Assembly (NCBI GenBank): GCA_039809265.1
Contig: JBDHUR010000003.1
Location: forward strand, 15,274 to 79,273
Direction: 5' to 3'
Source: Minisyncoccia bacterium
Lineage (GTDB): Bacteria > Patescibacteriota > Minisyncoccia > Phycocordibacterales > UBA9973
Length of the DNA: 64,000 nt
The translations under genes were made by a program, and so were the position numbers. Of this stretch, positions 60,816 to 64,000 are shown piece after piece. The notes below the pieces were generated by a model. The model ran no database searches. It had not been told where the DNA came from and saw nothing but the letters and a program-made list of their open reading frames with translations. Numbering within the stretch: position 1 is the stretch's first letter; every line of letters begins with the position of its first letter.

Positions 60816-62213
60816 CTAGCGTTTTGAGACTCCATATTCTTTCAAATAGTCTATGTCGTCCTGAATTTTTGCTTTTAAGTTCATCACACTTTTGCCATAT
60901 GAACAGCTTGAACCGCCAGTACCATAATATTTACAGGCAGCCTTGATTTGGCTAGAATAACTGTTACCAACGGCTCCTAGGTCTGCCAAATATAGGGCAG
61001 ATGCCATAAAGGCATCCTCTGCCATCCAAGGGTTTGGGTAGTGTCCAAGATCAGCCTGAAGACGATCTTCAAAAATTTTCCACGTGGACGGTATGAATTG
61101 CGCTGGGCCCATTGCTCCGCCCCAACCGGCAACCCCAGCTATCGGACAAGACACCACAGTCTTCGTCCAGTCATATCCAAGTTTTTTTGTAATTTCCAAA
61201 AATGGCCCCACATCCCTGCTTGGCTTCATTAGATTGGTAAAAGCTTTTCCTGTATTTACGCCAACACCGGCACCTGTTTCAGTATTTGACAGGTAACACT
61301 TGCCGACATTTGCACCCAGGTTTGACTCTTGGGTTAAAATAGCCAAAACGAGAGATGGTTCTACGCCAGTTTTTGTATAAGCCTGCTCGGCAAATGCCAG
61401 TGCTGCGTCAAAACGAATAGCTTGAGATTGACCAGCAAGCGTAAACAGTCTTGCGTTTATTGCTGCCACCTTTGCCTGCTGCTGAGCTATGACCTTCTGA
61501 TATTCTTTCTCTTTGTTCTGACTTATCGAAAGAAGCTGTTGTTGTTGTTTTTTGTTTTCTTCTACTTTTTTGCGAGCCTGCTCAAGTTCTGCTTTTGCAT
61601 CTGCTTCGGCATCTTGCTTCTCTTCCAGCGACTGTTTTTCTTCTTCAGTATCATGTCTAATACCATGAAGCTCATCAACCGAAGTCTTCAGTTCTACCTT
61701 TATACTAGATACTGAATCTAAATCATTATAAAAATCAGAAATACTTCCCTTTGTCAAAAGTAATTGAACCACTGAATCATTATCCAGCTCGCGGGTTTTA
61801 CGGATAAGCTGTGCTAGAGATTCTTTCTGCAGACCAAGCTTATCAGAAAGCACCGCAATCTTTTGATTCTTTTGGTCTATTTCTCCTCCAAGTTTTTTTA
61901 TAAGAGCCAACCGAGCATTAATCTTTGTTTGTTTTGCTGATATATCTGCTTGAAGTATAGAAATATCACCCTTCAAAGTACCCGACTGCTTTTTTTGGCC
62001 ATCTAACGCTTTTTCCTGCTCTGCAAGCTCTGCTTGGCACACTGCCAGCTTTTGACGAAGTTCATCCTGAGAAAGACCAGTAAAATTGTCATCACAAACA
62101 GCAGTGGGAGATTGTGCACTAGCGAAATGTGCATTTATGTTAAAACCGACAACCAAACTAAAAACTGCAAGCAATGCCACGGATTTTTGAACAAAGTTTT
62201 TCATATACTTCAC
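60816..62213 (-). CDS. Coiled-coil lytic transglycosylase (SLT-like C-terminal domain)
   Basis: Signal peptide, coiled coil, AILTQES, GAMGPAQFIPSTW, DAFMASALYL. Confidence 0.85.
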   Translation of the reverse strand: MKYMKNFVQKSVALLAVFSLVVGFNINAHFASAQSPTAVCDDNFTGLSQDELRQKLAVCQAELAEQEKALDGQKKQSGTLKGDISILQADISAKQTKINARLALIKKLGGEIDQKNQKIAVLSDKLGLQKESLAQLIRKTRELDNDSVVQLLLTKGSISDFYNDLDSVSSIKVELKTSVDELHGIRHDTEEEKQSLEEKQDAEADAKAELEQARKKVEENKKQQQQLLSISQNKEKEYQKVIAQQQAKVAAINARLFTLAGQSQAIRFDAALAFAEQAYTKTGVEPSLVLAILTQESNLGANVGKCYLSNTETGAGVGVNTGKAFTNLMKPSRDVGPFLEITKKLGYDWTKTVVSCPIAGVAGWGGAMGPAQFIPSTWKIFEDRLQADLGHYPNPWMAEDAFMASALYLADLGAVGNSYSSQIKAACKYYGTGGSSCSYGKSVMNLKAKIQDDIDYLKEYGVSKR

Positions 62214-62229
62214 TATTATAGCATAACGA

Positions 62230-62259
62230 AAAAGCCGCGTCTGTCGTGACGCGGCTTTT
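62230..62259 (-). terminator. Terminator after rplY
   Basis: AAAAGCCGCGTC-loop-GACGCGGCTTTT. Confidence 0.7.
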
Positions 62260-62280
62260 GTGTGGATAGTATTTTTATGC

Positions 62281-62913
62281 TTATTCTGCAGTTTCTTCTT
62301 CTTTCTTGCCTTTTTCTACAGAAACTTCTATAGAAGAAAGGTCTACAGGCGCTGATTCTTCTTTTTCTTCTTTCATTTCTGATACTGAAGCTATAATATC
62401 GTCCTCATGGAGAGAAACCAGAACACCCTTCGGAAGCGCTAGGTCTTTCACATGGAACGAGCTGTGCAAGTCTACGAGCTTTGATATGTCTACAGCGATA
62501 GAGTGCGGCAAATCTTTAGGCAAAGCTTTGACCTCTATTTCATGCATAACTTTAATAAGCATGCCAAGGCCAGACTTCACCGCAGGAGACTCGCCTGTGA
62601 ATTCTATAGGAACTTTCACTTCAATCTCCTTGTTCGCATCAACAGCCAAGAAGTCTATGTGGACAGGTATGTGTCTCACCGGGTCCATCTGTATATCGTG
62701 AATAAGGGCATCTATTTTGCCGCCCTCTGTTTCCAGAACGATAGTTGAAGTCTCTCCTGCTTCTTTCCAAACTTTCAAAAAGTCTTTTGCAGACACAGTG
62801 ATAGAAGTTGCTGGCTTTTTGTTGCCATAGTAGACAGCCGGTACGCCGCCGCTTGACCTTAGGTCATCTATATTTTTACCCGCTTCTCTATTTTTTGCTA
62901 TAAGTGTAACCAT
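62281..62913 (-). CDS. rplY: 50S ribosomal protein L25/Ctc
   Basis: VPAVYYG, IQMDPV..PVHIDF, GESPAVK; TTGACA-16-TATAAT ending 7 nt before ATG 62913. Confidence 0.95.
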   Translation of the reverse strand: MVTLIAKNREAGKNIDDLRSSGGVPAVYYGNKKPATSITVSAKDFLKVWKEAGETSTIVLETEGGKIDALIHDIQMDPVRHIPVHIDFLAVDANKEIEVKVPIEFTGESPAVKSGLGMLIKVMHEIEVKALPKDLPHSIAVDISKLVDLHSSFHVKDLALPKGVLVSLHEDDIIASVSEMKEEKEESAPVDLSSIEVSVEKGKKEEETAE

Positions 62914-62956
62914 GCGCTCCATTATATACAGATTTGCATTTTTGTCAAAATATATG

Positions 62957-64000
62957 CTATTTTTCCGGCTTTGCTAGGTGACTTGCAGCGTATTCTTTGG
63001 TACCGCCCCACTTTTTGCCTGGATTGAACATAAACAGCGGATCAAAGATTTTCTTTATTTGCCCAAAAAGGTCGTACACTTCGCTGCCAAACATTTTTGG
63101 TAAGTAAGGCGTGCGGATAATACCGTCATTATGCTCGGCATCTATTGAACCATGATAAGAAAGCACTAGATCGTACACCTCATCTGACAAATTTGAAATA
63201 ATCTCTGCTGTCTTTGGATTGTTGAAGTCCATGAGCGGTATTATATGGAAATTCCCATTTCCCGCATGACCAGCAATGGTGTAGATAAGCTCGGGATACT
63301 TTGCAAAAATAGAATCCAGCTTCGGCAGAAATTCCGGCAAGAATTCCGGCCGGACGATAATGTCATCTATGAAAGGAGCAGTTCTTCTGCCCTGCACATG
63401 CTTTCGCAAAAGCGCGAAGCTATCTCGTCGCATGTCCCAATACTTTTTTGCTTCTTGTTCACTGCTTGTAATACGTGCTTTCAAGTTAAAATGTGCTATC
63501 TTTTTCAATAGATTTTCAGATTTTATTTGTATTTCCTTTTCGTCCACACCGGAATATTCTACAAGTATTATCAGCTTCGGAACGCCACCAGTTAGTACCA
63601 TCCAAAATTCTGGAAAGAAAGATAAGCTGAAGCGTACAGTACCCCAAAGACCTTTTGCTTTTACAAAATCTTTAAAGAATTTCATTGCCAAGCCGAAGGT
63701 TTTGTCATCATACGATTCAACACTTGTCGGGTTTGTTTCTACTATCTCCGCAACGACAGAACCAAGCGGAGCCAAGTCATTCATAAACAGGACTGTCAGC
63801 TTTGAAACTTTTGGATTCTCCACCAAACGCCAAGTGATCTCTGTGACTATACCCAAAGTCCCCTGACTGCCTATTATGATCTGCGACAGGTCAAAAATGT
63901 CTTCTGCTTCACTTGCACCTTTTTGTAAAACATTCCAGATACGATAGCCAGCAGCATTTTTGGAAACTTTTGGCTTTGCAGTATCTATCATCATTTTATG
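62957..64000 (-). CDS. FAD-linked oxidase (GlcD/D-lactate dehydrogenase-like), 5' end outside window
   Basis: GSQGTLGIVTE, GHAGNGNFH, GSIDAEHNDG, FDP...NPGK. Confidence 0.88.
   Translation of the reverse strand, partial: HKMMIDTAKPKVSKNAAGYRIWNVLQKGASEAEDIFDLSQIIIGSQGTLGIVTEITWRLVENPKVSKLTVLFMNDLAPLGSVVAEIVETNPTSVESYDDKTFGLAMKFFKDFVKAKGLWGTVRFSLSFFPEFWMVLTGGVPKLIILVEYSGVDEKEIQIKSENLLKKIAHFNLKARITSSEQEAKKYWDMRRDSFALLRKHVQGRRTAPFIDDIIVRPEFLPEFLPKLDSIFAKYPELIYTIAGHAGNGNFHIIPLMDFNNPKTAEIISNLSDEVYDLVLSYHGSIDAEHNDGIIRTPYLPKMFGSEVYDLFGQIKKIFDPLFMFNPGKKWGGTKEYAASHLAKPEK

Overview
This window looks like a small-genome Patescibacteria (CPR, Parcubacteria-like) chromosome segment. That is an inference from compact genes, scarce Shine-Dalgarno sites, shortened AlaRS/L13/RF1, and SWIB and PaaX-like genes. 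TGA is used as a stop (code 11). Most of it is housekeeping: alaS (partial), infA-rpmJ-rpsMKD-rpoA-rplQ-rplM-rpsI, grpE/dnaK/dnaJ, cysS, recR, dnaB, trpS, aspS, scpAB, mraY-ftsW-murG, gltX, a full F1Fo ATP synthase operon, tRNA-Ile(GAT), prfA, rpmE and rplY. Five regions stand out. (1) An AT-rich, tightly coupled five-gene operon (ThiF/Rv1355c-like adenylase, Leu/Phe/Val dehydrogenase, PaaK-like ligase, nitroreductase-like protein, multi-TM histidine kinase) that looks like a small-molecule make-and-sense module. (2) A MoxR/AAA_5 ATPase gene split at an in-frame A_AAA_AAG -1 slippery site, whose 3' end resembles a DGR variable region followed by two perfect DNA hairpins; no RT or template repeat is seen in the window. 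(3) A 1.65-kb Bacteroidota-like scrap: orphan Rhs toxin tip, HEAT immunity candidate and a truncated SprB-repeat gene. (4) An ATP synthase operon with two interloper ORFs and mosaic Ile codon use. (5) A convergent gene-strand switch near 41.3 kb with a dif-like 28-mer. All family calls are by motif recognition only; no searches were run.
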